From NCBI GenBank assembly GCA_964016885.1, contig OZ024741.1:99572001-99636000 (forward strand): 64,000 nt of DNA, given 5' to 3'. Both the position numbers and the translations under genes were made by a program. The notes beneath the pieces were generated by a model. The model saw nothing but the letters and a program-made list of their open reading frames with translations. It ran no database searches and had not been told where the DNA came from. Positions 1 to 12,034 of the stretch are shown here, piece after piece (position 1 is the first letter of the stretch; each line of letters starts with the position of its first letter). The DNA comes from Eledone cirrhosa. Taxonomy: Eukaryota.

Positions 1-84
1 TAGTGTTTTTATGTTAAATATACCTATTTCTCTACCTCAACACCTTTTACTTATACATGAATATATACCCAGGTATTTAAAGAC

Positions 85-402
85 GTGTGTTAGTCCTCCG
101 TCGGCTCTGACAGCCAGTGTTCCAGTTGTTCAAACTACGGAACAACATACTCACGAAGCATTCTCATAGGCATTTGCACCCTTATCGTAGTTTTCAGGGA
201 GATTCAGCGTGAGACACAGTGACAAGGCTGAATTACATATACAACTCATTTGTGCTATCTGAGTGGACTGGAGCAACGTGAATTACTTAACGACACTATG
301 CGAGGTATATTACTTAACGACACTATGCGTCGACGGGAATCGAACTCATGACCATACGATTATCATCCCAACATCCTAACCACTAAGCTACGCGCCTTCC
401 AC
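85..402 (-). mobile_element. tRNA-derived SINE, family C (octopus CORE-type/OR-like)
   Basis: Reverse complement starts GTGGAAGGCGCGTAGCTTAGTGGTTAGG (A box), then GAGTTCGATTCCC (B box) and the family core CACGTTGCTCCAGTCCACTCAG. Internal 21-bp duplication ATTACTTAACGACACTATGCG at ~282 and ~309. Confidence 0.75.
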
Positions 403-874
403 AATTAAAACTATGTGGCCAATAATAGTTAGATGACGAATTTGAAGAGTCGTTATAGCGTCGGATTAAATGCCTCTTGAGTTCATATCTTGCTGAACTC
501 AACTTCCCGGGTCGATAAATAAAGTCCAGGGATTAAGAACCAAGGCATTTAATTTGACGCCTTAACGACTCTACCAATTCGCCACTTATAAAACTATTTT
601 ACATACCCGCTTTAAGGTATGAGGGAGAAGGGATGGTAGGTGTGCTGACGAATATCACGACAGATCTAGGAGAGAGAAAATGTACTGAGGATTGGACACC
701 CAAAAATAATGAAATTTAGCTTGCATGAACGACTCGGGTTTCTCGTGTCTGTAACTGGAGCTGGTGTGTCCTTGTAAATAACTTTTTAGGTTTCACTGGT
801 CAAATAACTTTACTGTTGTCTGGTCATACTCCCTTAGCTTTCTCTCACTCTTGCATATTTTCAACTCAGGCAAA

Positions 875-1305
875 CACCCCCCCTCTCTCTCCCCCCCTCT
901 CTTTCTCTTTCCCTATCCCCCCCCCCCCCCTCAATCTCTCTTTCCCTCTCTCTCTCCCTTTCCTCTTTCCCTCTCTCTCTCCCTTTCCTCTTTCCCTCTC
1001 TCTCTCCCTTTCCTCTTTCCCTCTCCCTTTCCTCTTTCCCTCTCTCTCTCCCTTTCCTCTCTCCCTCTCTCTCTCCCTTTCCTTCTCTCTTTCCCTCTCT
1101 CTCTCCCTTTCCTCTTTCCCTCTCTCTCTCCCTTTCCTTCTCTCTCCCTTTCCTTCTCTCTCCCTTTCCCTCTCTCTTTCCCTCTCTCTCTCCCTCTCTC
1201 TCTCCTTCTCTCTTTCCCTCTCTCTCTCCTTCTCTCTTTCCCTCTCTCTCTCCCTTTCCTTCTCTCTCTCTCTCTCTCCCTTTCCTTCTCTCTCTCTCTC
1301 TCTCT
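875..1305 (+). repeat. (CT)/CCCTTT-rich compound microsatellite
   Basis: Nearly pure pyrimidine tract of CTCTCT/CCCTTT units; explains ORFs 816-1415 and 851-1366. Confidence 0.95.
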
Positions 1306-2039
1306 ACACTTTTTTCTTGTATTTATTCACTTACAAACCTCCTTTACCAACCCCTTTCGTTCTTAAATACTCTAAAGTAGATATTAAGTATTATATACTA
1401 AATGTGGATTTATAGTATTAAACACTACTAAAATGGTCTGTTTTATGACTTTAAATCCACGGAGTGACAGACGGTGAGATGCTATAAACACATCGATATT
1501 AGGACTCTTAGGGATGAAAACTGAATTGATTGTAGATTAGCGTTGTGTTTTATAGGTTGCTACGAGGACAGACGTAGTTAAGTGGTTTAGAAGTTCCAGG
1601 TTCAGTTCCTCTCCGTGGTACTTTAAGCCGATGTCTTGTAATACGCCCCCAGTGAAATTTACATGGCGGAAACTGTGCAGATAAGTGTGTTTATGTTTGA
1701 AGATATTACTGCTATCGCTTGCAGTTCTGTGATATATAATGGAAATCGAGAAACAGGAAAAAGCTCCAGTACTTCATGAGCAGTGCTGCACTGGACACAG
1801 ACATTTAAGAACGGATTAAAACCCTGCAACACTTGCTTCCCAGGAAAACTATATCATCTGATATAAAATGCACGAGATAATATAGACTTGTCAAAATATA
1901 CACCCAAATTATTCCTTGAGAATGTCATAGAGAGATCCTCATTTCCCTGATTCATGACAAGTGAAATTACGATTTAAATTACTTAGTCATCTTATTACCG
2001 AATAAAATCGCGGTCGAAGTTTATGTAATTTCTGTTCAT

Positions 2040-2421
2040 ATCTCCCCTCTCTCCCGCCCATCTCCCCTCTCTCTCCCGCCCATCTCCCCTCTCTCTCCCG
2101 CCCATCTCCCCTCTCTCTCCCGCCCATCTCCCCTCTCTCTCCCGCCCATCTCCCCTCTCTCCCGCCCATCTCCCCTCTCTCTCCCGCCCATCTCCCCCGC
2201 CCATCTCCCCTCTCTCTCCCGCCCATCTCCCCTCTCTCTCCCGCCCATCTCCCCTCTCTCTCCCGCCCATCTCCCCTCTCTCTCCCGCCCATCTCCCCTC
2301 TCTCTCCCACCCATCTCCCCCTCTCTCTCCCACCCATCTCCCCCTCTCTCTCCCACCCATCTCCCCCTCTCTCTCCCACCCATCTCCCCCTCTCTCTCCC
2401 ACCCATCTCCCCCTCTCTCCC
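2040..2421 (+). repeat. ~22-bp minisatellite CCCGCCCATCTCCCCTCTCTCT
   Basis: Tandem units, switching to a CCCACCCATC variant from ~2307. Confidence 0.95.
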
Positions 2422-2430
2422 AATATATAT

Positions 2431-2585
2431 ATAATTACAATAGTGACATAAACAGGTACTCAAGTTTCGTTGGGCCCAGAACGAAACTTGAGTACCTGTT
2501 TATGTCACTGTTGTAATTATTTATACTAAACTCGTCCTATGGACTGAATGCTCTTACTCTTGGATATTTCCACTTAACCTTTCAG
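2431..2585 (+). mobile_element. Short Penelope-like terminal fragment with inverted 5' end, between (TA)n tracts
   Basis: 41-bp inverted arms 2431-2471 / 2480-2520 (one mismatch). The right arm carries CGAAA-CTTGAG-TA, resembling the 3' half of a minimal hammerhead. (TA)n on both sides. Confidence 0.5.
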
Positions 2586-2699
2586 TATATATATATATAT
2601 ATATATACACACACATACGTGTATGAGGTGTGTGAATTCGTGAATGTATGAGCATGAAGTGTGTGTACACACACAGTTGTAATTCCATAGTCGCTCCAA

Positions 2700-2963
2700 A
2701 TTTCACTTACTGACCACACTCGATGCCACACTGTCACTAATACAGCCAGTCAGCCAAGTCTTCCTTGCCCACCAGCAATTTTTGGGGTTTTTTTTTTAGT
2801 CTTCTCCTTTTGTTGTTGTTTTGCTTTGCTTTTCCCTCGCCTAAAATATTCCACGTAGCTTCTCCTTTTCCTTATGTGTTGTTTCAATTATCCACCACCA
2901 TCGCCACCATCAGAGCATGTTGGACGACGAATGTTGTGTTAACCGAAGCTTATAAATAAATTG
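2700..2963 (+). other. Candidate non-coding first exon (5' UTR); start approximate
   Basis: Unique CpG-containing sequence ending in donor-like TTG|GTAGGT at 2963/2964; no transcript evidence. Confidence 0.25.
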
Positions 2964-3520
2964 GTAGGTAGATGTTGCTGTTGAAGGGGGTTGTGGTGGT
3001 TTTGTGGAGGGTGGGGGTAATGGGATAGTTTTGATGATAATGGTGCCACAGGCGGGCAGTGTTAGTGGAGGTGTTAGTTATACAGATGAAGGTATTGTTA
3101 GTGATGATGATGATGATGATGATGGTGTGTTAAAGTGGAAGTGACGGTGGCGGTCTCTGTCGTGTCGTGGCGTACACAACTAAACAATATTTTCCAGTCC
3201 TCTGTTAAAAATTATTCCTGACCCACTTTCCCTATCTTATGTCTTCGTTTTATGTTTCTGTTGTTGCTTCTACTTCCTCTCCGGTCGTAGTTCTCCCACA
3301 TTGAAGAAGGGGGAATGATTAAGAATTGTTATTAACCACCAATTTTCACTTGCCCGACTAATATTTTCACGTTTCATGTTCTATATAAATACATGCAAAT
3401 ACATACATACACACAGACACAGACAGATTGTTGATTTATATAAAAGTCTCCCCCAGTAAAATATTGTAATTAAAAATATTGTACCTTATGCATGTGCAGT
3501 TAATCATTCTTCATGTCTAG

Positions 3521-3727
3521 TAATGGTTTCTACTTTTGGCACAAGGCCAGCAATTTAAAGGGGAAAGGAAAGGCGATTAAATTGACCCCAGTGCATTACT
3601 GGTACTTTATTTTATCGACCCCGTACAGGTGAAAGGTAAAGCTAACCTCAGCGGGATTTGATCTCAGAACGCAAAGGGCTGTAACTCTATGCCACGAAGC
3701 AGGGTGTCCGATGCTCAACCGATTCTA
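3521..3727 (-). mobile_element. tRNA-derived SINE family A (long subtype)
   Basis: Family core ACTGGTACTTTATTTTATCGACCCC on +; retains the internal GTCAATTTAATCG...CCCC segment. Confidence 0.85.
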
Positions 3728-4211
3728 TGCTAACAGACTATATTTCTCTCTCGTTTTCTTATCTGAGTTTTTACTTTTTTATGTCATTTAAAAATGTGGT
3801 TAAGAAGTTTATTTTGCTATCATGAAATTCCATTTTCAATCGCACCATATGGACAAATGTCATATTACCATTGCCTTTGAATTACAGGTACAGTCCATCC
3901 GATTGGCTTCTGACGCTGGCTCAAAATGCCATGCCGTGGGATCGTATCCGGGATTTAATGATTGCGAAGTGAACTTCTTAACCATTCGGCCATGCTGGAT
4001 CAACTGAGGATCCATCAGTATTGACAGTGTAGGGCAGATTCGGCAAAGTGCCAGAAGAAAAGAGGATTTGCGGTGTTTAGTTAGGTCTATTTAGAATCTA
4101 AATTCAAATCCCAGCGGAGTCAGATTTGGTTCTTCTTTCTAGATGATGAAAAGACCACACAGAGGATCACTTATTTGCTCGGGATTCTTCCGTTTTTACT
4201 ATCTCCCCATA

Positions 4212-4404
4212 ATAATTGTTTCTACTTTTGGCACAAGGCTAGTAATTATCCCAGTGTATTACTGGTACATTATTTTATCGATCCCGTAAGGATGAAAGGC
4301 AAAGTTAACCTCGGCGGGATTTGAACTCAGACTGTAAAGGGACGTAACTCTATGCTTCAAAGCATGGTGTCCGACTCTCTCCCGATACTACCAATCCACT
4401 GCCC
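4212..4404 (-). mobile_element. tRNA-derived SINE family A (short, young subtype)
   Basis: Near-identical to copies at 9088, 23281, 33851, 42325, 59568; TAATAAT on both flanks. Confidence 0.9.
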
Positions 4405-5005
4405 TTAATAATACTTTCTTTTATTGGCCACAAAGGCCCAAGACATTGGTGAGAGTACGAGAGTAAAATGGTGGTTTCAACCATAACAATACGAACATAT
4501 TGATAAATAGGTAATTATAAATAGAATCAACCATACAGAACAACAATGATTTTGTCTTGTGAAAAGATTGTTTCGTTATTTTTTGCTCTGTTTCGTTTCT
4601 TTTGCTCCACCCCATCTTTTCCCCTTTAATTAAAGTTTCTTTTGTGTGTATGTCCTTGGATTCAAGATAATAACAGAGATCTGATCACAGAAAAGTTGAG
4701 CCGTTTTTCTTTCTAGAAATGCCAAGCCTTGAATTATTCAGCAGGAAAATTCCTTTTTTTTAAGTTTAGTCTAGACAGGAAATTTGTTTCTAAGTTCCAA
4801 CTGTAAAATAACTGGCTCCAACATTTCTATTGTGAATTTGTCAAACGACCTATGAATTTGTCTCTCTCTAAACTTTATCTTCCCCACATCATCTCGCCGG
4901 CTGGGTTTCTTTGTTTTTCTATTTTACATGGTTCGAAATGACTGCCTTATTTTTTTTTTTTAGCGTCCATTGAAAAATATATATTTTTGTTGCTTTTTCT
5001 TTTAG

Positions 5006-5135
5006 GTGTCAGTCATTATCCCCCCACCCCACCACACAGCCTGCGTCATTCCAGATATAAAGATCCCTTTTCCTTTATTTTTTTTAATCCTAAAATGTCA
5101 AGATGACCCAATGAAATAAGCAGATTCCCGAGGAG
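5006..5135 (+). other. Candidate non-coding exon
   Basis: Acceptor TTTTTGTTGCTTTTTCTTTTAG at 5004-5005; possible donor GAG|GTAGAA at ~5135/5136; no ORF support. Confidence 0.2.
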
Positions 5136-7647
5136 GTAGAATGATTCAGGCGTACTTTTTATAGCCTCGATATTTGCTCACCTGGCTGGCTGGCTCTCCC
5201 TCCCTCTTTCTCTCTCTCCTGCGAGTAACTAAGATGTAGAACCACCATAAAAGGAACGGTGATAAGAGACTTCTCAGTAGGATTCTGTGACATTTTCTGT
5301 TTGTTGTTGTTGGTGGTGGTGATAAAGTCACCTTTGAATCGAGCAGATTTTGTTCGAAACACGAGGGGAGCTATTACGTTGTCGCCCGAGCTGCTAGAAA
5401 CAACAGCCAAATCTCCTTCAAATTACATCTTAACTCTGGTCATAGCTGCAACATCTTTGATCATTTATTTGTAACACAAATAAATAGATTTGAAGTGTCA
5501 TTGTTTAATATGTAGTCAGTGGTAGATTCATCTACACCGGGTTGTATATAAATAAATGCGCGTGTGTGTTATATATTTCACTTGCACGCTCACAGGATTA
5601 TTTTTTGAGCGTGCAGGTGAAATCCCAGAGTAACAAGGCTCATCATTTAGCCATAATAAAAGAATATTTAATTTCTACTTTGGTATTGAGTACTCATCCT
5701 CATGTCCGTCAATAACACACGTGTGTCTGTGTAGCAAAAGTGGTAACAGATACAAAAACCCCAGCTGTCGAAATAAACGTGCAAACTTTCGACCCCCTAC
5801 TCTCAATACTTGTGTGAACCCCGCGTTTGGAATGGTTATGTCAATGTGTCTCCCTCGCTAATCTCCCGGTTAAAGCTTTCTCCTACCGGGTCCGCGATGC
5901 GGATCGCGCTTGGGGGGTCAGCACGCCAGAGAGAGTTCTCCCACACTACCTGGACTCATATCATTGGGGTAGCGATGACTGAGTATTGTTTCTTTTGTTT
6001 TACAAGCCTTTTCACTTTCATCACACACAGTCACGAAAATCCCTGCTTTCAGTAAACATTTATATGGATAATCTCAGTTAATCGAAGTTTTTCAACTCCT
6101 TATATTACATGGAACTCGACAGTATTTGTATTTAGTATGCAGGTCGCTTCACTGTGGTATTTCCTTCAGCTCAATGGTCTTTGTTTTTCCATAGTTCAAT
6201 TGCTTGTCGTACATTCATTCACTCACCAGGTGGTTTCAAAATGTCTATTCCGATCACATTCAATCTAACTGCTCTGCCTCTCTCGTTTCTCTTCTCTCTC
6301 TCTCTCTCCTCCTTCCCAAATTCAAATTCCGTGCAGACCACCCGTTAACTGCCTGTTAGTTGTTTTGCTAGTTTCTTTGGCTAGATTTTTTTTTTCCTGT
6401 TCTGCCAGAATATGAATACATTGCGATAGAGAGGTGTCAACCGATTCAACACATCAGAGTTTAAACTATACGTCGTTTAAAATACCGCCATGTTCTCGTC
6501 TCCCATTACTACCTATACTGTATCTGCCATGTGTATGTGAAATTTAGACTGGTTTAGCCGGCCGGTCGGCCAGCCAGCCACCTAGCAGTGTCTATTATCA
6601 TCCCGCCGAGGTTAACTTTGCCTTTCATCCTTACGGGGTCGATAAAATAAGTACCAGTAATGTACTTAGTAATTGCTGGCCTTGTTCCAAAAAGTAGAAA
6701 CAATTCTTCAACTTTCTTAAATTGTTTATGCTAGTTTGATAGTAAGATATGACAAGAGAGAGAGAGAGAGACAGCGGGAGGGGGGACTGTAGGATCTTTG
6801 GTGCCAGAGAGTTTGTGAAGACGAAAAAAATTGCGAAGTCTTGCTGATTTCGCTGCAGGAATGCTCTGGATAGACGAATAAACAAATTTGAAATACGATA
6901 CAGCAGGTCACCATTTGACCTGTCAACGAAGGGAAAAAAATTAGAAATAACAGGTCAAAACTTATTTTTCTTTTTTACTTCCGTTATTAGAGAAGGTTGA
7001 TACCATTCATTTGCATAAACTTCGCCATAATTCTTAATTGAGTTTGGGTAGCGAAAGAATGTTTAACCTACGTGACCTAAACGTAGTTAAGATATTCCAT
7101 CAAATATCAGGATTTACTACTCAAGACACGAACCCCTCATATTTTACGTTGTTTTCTTGGCCTCTCTTTTTTTTTTTTCTTTTTTTGATCGACACAGGCT
7201 ATAACTAATTTCCTGGGATCCTATTTTTAGTTGGCAGTTGAATAAAAAAAAAAAATAATAACAAAGGCGTTTAACGGACATTGCTAGATTGGAATGTAAT
7301 AAAGCTAAATTTAAAGATCCAATATTTGACGGAGCGTGAATGCACTTGGCTATGTGTTTTAGATAAATAAATATATGAGGTCGACTTTAATTTTCATCTT
7401 TTAGGTATCGATGAAATAAAGTACTACTCCAGGGCATTGGATGGGACACCCAGTGATATCTGTTCCCTTTCTTGCATTCTAAATTGAAATTCCACTATGG
7501 CTTACTTAGTTGGTCGGCAGTCTATCGCGCTTTTGACACTGCCAACTGGCCCTTGGGTGTCTTTTGTGGAAAGCACTTTGTTGCGAGCATTTTGATCAGG
7601 TTTCCAGTTTAAGGATACCTAGCTCCCTCTCACCAGCCTTGGAGGCA

Positions 7648-7735
7648 CTAAAAATGGTCATGGGGTACTGCCCTTTCCTCTCTGCACCCCTAAAAATGGT
7701 CATGGGGTACTGCCCTTTCCTCTCTGCACCCCTAA
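7648..7735 (+). repeat. Perfect 42-bp tandem duplication
   Basis: CTAAAAATGGTCATGGGGTACTGCCCTTTCCTCTCTGCACCC x2, followed by CTAA microhomology. Confidence 0.95.
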
Positions 7736-7997
7736 CTAAACAGTTAATAATTCACAACACTACACTGTATAGGTACTCGAGTTTGTAATTATGTATTTTA
7801 GAGGTGGTTGATGCATTCTTGATACTTACTTTAACAACAAAACACTCTACTCCTATACTCACCTCGCCCACGTTCATCGCATGAAGGGATGAAAAACAGG
7901 TTATGAACTCAGAAACACTCGTAGTACAATGAATCCAACATATTTTCTGGGTATTTTTCAGTCTCTAGTTTATAACTTATTATCAGTCTCTTTACAG

Positions 7998-8054
7998 TGG
8001 TAGTGGGACTGACAGCAAGGTCTTTGAAGATGGAAAATATATTTATCCAGTTGA
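7998..8054 (+). other. Candidate 57-nt exon
   Basis: Acceptor TCAGTCTCTTTACAG (AG 7996-7997) and donor TGA|GTAAGC (8055); reads MENIFIQL from an internal ATG or GSGTDSKVFEDGKYIYPV; not recognised as a known protein. Confidence 0.25.
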
Positions 8055-8769
8055 GTAAGCCAGGCTTGCTCAATGAACTGGAATCTATGCCGTCTAAATT
8101 GACTTTCCCCATAAATAATTATTCTCTCTTTCTTCAGGCACTTCTTTTTCTTCGTGATGGTTCTCTAGTGACGATGATCTGGTTGTGTTAATGAATTGAA
8201 CTGAGAACACACTAAAAAAAAACAAAAACAATTTCCCATAGTATTCTTTTATCTAAGGGGAAGTAGGGAAACTAGAGTTCGTGTAGATTCATTTTTTCTC
8301 ATCCACCTCTCTCTCTCTCTCTCTCTCTCCCATTGAAATCTTTCGGATTTTTATTGTGAAAAGCGAATGGAGAGTAACTTACATATTGATTAGTATGACT
8401 CACCTCATCTACACCCATTCACAAGTAAGTATACGTGTGTGTGGGGGTGAGTAACGTATACAACGTTGTTGATGGCATTTGTGCTCTTGTTGGTGATGGT
8501 GATTATAACCGATGGTTGTAATAGTGATGTTTGTTGTTGTTTTCTTTTGACCTTTAACTTTTCTCTTGGCATTCATTTAAGCAACATAATAATTTAAATT
8601 GAATTTGGATCATTGATTCTGTGTGTGTGTGGATGGTGGGAGCTGGTCTTTCAACTATCATATCTTAAGAGTTATTTTAGAGATAAGTTCTGTCTGTTAT
8701 TGTTGCCATTGCCATCACCGCCATTGATATAGGAATAGCAGCTCTGTTAATAAAGGAACTTGAGCTAAC

Positions 8770-8990
8770 AAGGAAGTTTCTATTTGGTCGTTTGACTTGC
8801 TAGAAACACCAACCAAGTCTACCCCATCTCATCATAACTTACCATCTTAAAAACAACAAACAGACACTATGAATAATGTAGTCCTAGATATATTATATCT
8901 ATGGGAAGGATAAGAAGCTATGGTCATGAGTAGAACGTTTTTTTATTCATAAATCTGCTCAATTAGACCTGACCTATGGTTAAACAACTG
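8770..8990 (+). mobile_element. Old interspersed repeat family D (further copies ~5385, 11950-12590, 13075, 17455, 24545, 25580, 31540, 43795, 47125, 52480, 53575, 60820, 62385)
   Basis: Recurrent motifs GACTTGCTAGAAATAGCAGCCAAATCT...GATAATGTAGTCCTAGATA...TTTGATCATAGGTCTG...CTGACCTGGGGCTAAACAAC on both strands. Confidence 0.7.
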
Positions 8991-9087
8991 CTCCTGTCAA
9001 TTTTTAACCCTGGCTACAAAGACCATGCTGGTCTAATTCTAATTTTACTGCTGAAAAAAATCACAAAGAAAAATGTCAAGTTTGATT

Positions 9088-9273
9088 GGTGGATTGGCAG
9101 TATCGGTAGAGGGTCGGACGCCATGCTTTCCAGCATAGTTACGTCCCTTTACGGTCTGAGTTCAAATCCCGCCGAGGTTGACTTTGCCTTTCATCCTTAC
9201 GGGGTCGATAAAATAAAGTACCAGTAATGCACTGGATAATTGCTGGCCTTGTGCCTAAAGAAGAAACAATTAT
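9088..9273 (+). mobile_element. tRNA-derived SINE family A (short, young subtype), full length
   Basis: A-box-like TGGCAGTATCGGTAG, B-box GAGTTCAAATCCC, core GGGGTCGATAAAATAAAGTACCAGT, tail AGAAACAATTAT. Confidence 0.92.
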
Positions 9274-10354
9274 AATAGTGAAATAATAATATTTTCAGTT
9301 TCTTATTAACTGACAAATCATGACTTGCACACAATAACACAATTTTATTAAAGTTTTTCTTTTTCACTCTTTGACTTTTTAGTCTGGATTCAAAATAATG
9401 AGTATTTCTTATGTTGACTGCTAATTATATGGGAGGTATATAGCAAATTGACTATATGAATGATTGGTATCTAATTCAATTGATATATTTTCTATCTTTG
9501 TATATGATTTTTCAATATCTTATTGACCCAAGAGGGATGAAATGAAAGGCAATTTGAAATTGAAATTTAATGAGCCAACTAAATACTGCAAGGCAACATT
9601 TAGTCATGCAGTCTACAGCTTCTGCCCCTAAAATGGATTGCTGCTACTATCTGAAATGATAATTAGGTTTACTTGTATGAGTGATATGAGATAAAATGAA
9701 TTCATTATTGAATGACTGTCTCTTATTGATTGATCAATTTATTCTTTCAATTGATGATATTCCATCAGGAATAAATTCTCCTTCATCAGACAGATGATAC
9801 CACTAGTGAAACCACAAAGGTGCTACTGCTGGCTGTGGTCCAATGAAAGCAATTTGTTACTGAGTAAACAAATGTGCAAACTGAGTTTAAGTCCAGTGTC
9901 TATGATACAGTTTAATTAAAGTATGTTGTATTCTGTTCACTTAATTGGTATCATTGCAGCCTTCTTTCTCCTCACTCTCCCCTAACTGCATCCCTGCTAT
10001 CAGTTAGCTATGTGCTGCTGTTGCTGCGTCAGTAAATCTGTGGCATTGACGAAGATTTACGCAAATAGAAACTTGACCATTTACCCAGCAACCCTCAGTG
10101 AACTGGTCAATTTTCTTTATATATAATACCCTGTCCAATTTACATCAATTCTACTTGTACACTACTCTACCCAACCATAAACTAAGACCCCTTGTTTTAT
10201 AAGCTTGTTTTTATCACTAAATTGACTACACTTATCACTCTTGTTTTGTTTCTCTTTTTCTCTGGGTGTAGTGGGGTAGGAATAGAATTAGTTTAGGGTC
10301 TGTTACAACCCCATTTCCCAATAGACTACTAAACTATTTCTGCAGCTATTAATA

Positions 10355-10563
10355 ATAATGGTTTCTGATTTAAGCATAAGGCCAGCAATTTTTGTGGAGG
10401 GGGAAAGTCGATTAAATCGACTCCAGTATGTGACTGGTACTTTATTTTATTGAGGATGAAAGGCAAAGCTAACCTCGGCTGGATTTGAACTCAAAGTATA
10501 AAGGTTCATAAGTATATGCCACAAAGCATATTGTCTGATGTTCTACTGATCTTGTCAATCCAC
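10355..10563 (-). mobile_element. SINE family A (long subtype)
   Basis: Same motifs reverse-complemented, with the internal GTCGATTTAATCGACTTTCCCCC segment. Confidence 0.85.
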
Positions 10564-10571
10564 TGATGATT

Positions 10572-11290
10572 TCTTTTATTGGTCACGATTCAAAGAGGAA
10601 AACAACACAAAGTGGAGTTTATATGGAATAAAGGGGTGGGGAAAACCACAAAAGTAATGATGATAAATAGTAATAACAACACAATGAAAGCAATATGTCA
10701 AAAAGGAAAAGTTTCCCAATAAGAGAAGGTCTCTTGAGTAATTTCAAGGAAAACACTTGGATTACTATGTTGTATGAAAGGCAATGAAAATGCCCTCTCT
10801 TGGTTTCTTTCTATAAAAAAACATAATCAGAGGAGACCCATTTAGCCTTGTCAATCTTGCCAATAATCCTTTATTATCACCACCAAAGGTAATAAGTGAA
10901 GGGACACTACTAGGCAGATTATAAAACATGTTGGGATAAACTTAGGAATTGAATGATATACAAATTGTCAAAGTGTCACCTAGGGCCAATTAAAGAACTT
11001 AGCAAATCCAGGATCTCTGCCGTCTCTTGACAGTACTCTCTGACTTGCACGCTCCTTGCCAGACTTTCCCTTTCTATTTTCACTTTTCTCTCCTCAGACC
11101 TTTCAGTTGTGTCCACCATACAAGCTCTTTCACCAGACAAAGGAAAACTACTAGCATTTTCAACTAAAAGAAGGCAATGGAGCAGGACTCAGCTGACAGC
11201 TGAATCCATCCAGTATGCAACAGAAGGTGTTAGACATACAAAAGCCAACTGAATAGTTCATAGACTGACCTAGATGCTTTCATGGAATGA
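10572..11290 (-). mobile_element. Degenerate L1/Tx1-like LINE 3' end, in two pieces (~11030-11290 and ~10572-10870)
   Basis: Minus-strand translation WIQLSAES..APLPSFS..VVFLCLVKELVWWTQLKGLR..RKVKIERESL and LARLTRLNGSPL resembles, from memory, C-termini of octopus Tx1-like ORF2; ends in an AATAAAAGAAA tail. Confidence 0.5.
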
Positions 11291-12034
11291 CCAAATGAGG
11301 TTTATTTTTCAACTAACAAAGCTAGAAATTCTAGTGTAGAGGGCAGTTTATTAAATTAACTTCAATACCTAAACTGGTACTTTATTTTATTAACCCAATT
11401 AGGATGAGAGGCAAAGTTCACTTCAGCAGGATTTGAATTCAGTAAGTAAATGGTTACATCTAAGTACCACAAGGCATTTTGTTTAAAGCTCTAGCAATTC
11501 TGCCAATCTATAATAATATTATTGTTAACTATTAACAATTTTAGCTCTAAGTCCATCTAGGAAGCAACCTATTAGTGTGTTTTTCTTGTACATAACATTC
11601 TAACAAGTTATCATTCATACACACACACACACACATATATATGTATATATATATATATGCCTAAATACTTTTATAAACAGCACCATAATAATATAAAGGA
11701 ACATATTTTACAGCTGAGTGCTTTTTAAGAGCTAACTTCTTATCTGTCAAGTGGAACCAGCTGAGAATATCATTGCCACAGATCTAAAAGAGCTGTACTC
11801 CACCCTCTTTGAACCATGATTCTTGATTAGTTCTAGAAGAGCTCCTCTTTAGACATATGTTGATAGCTTTAATCACCAAGAAGAGAACAAACCCATTTAT
11901 TTTTCCCATCTGATATTATCATACCTTAATAATACTTGTGTTATCACCTAACAAGAGGGTTTCTATATAGTCACTCAACCTGTTAAAAATAGCTGCTACT
12001 TCCTCAAATTACACACAAATCACACCCTATCATC

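Larger units (their letters stand above)
1..8900. promoter_or_regulatory. CpG-retaining domain, likely unmethylated promoter/5' region of a gene
   Basis: CG dinucleotides are frequent by eye (e.g. 5820-5930 CCGCG/CCGGG/CGCGATGCGGATCGCGC) and nearly absent after ~9300 except in young repeats. Confidence 0.55.

Noticed and set aside
816-2463. S/L/P and G/E/R-rich ORFs
   Set aside because: Micro/minisatellite translations.
9088-9175. tRNA gene (A and B boxes)
   Set aside because: Head of a multicopy SINE; no intact cloverleaf.
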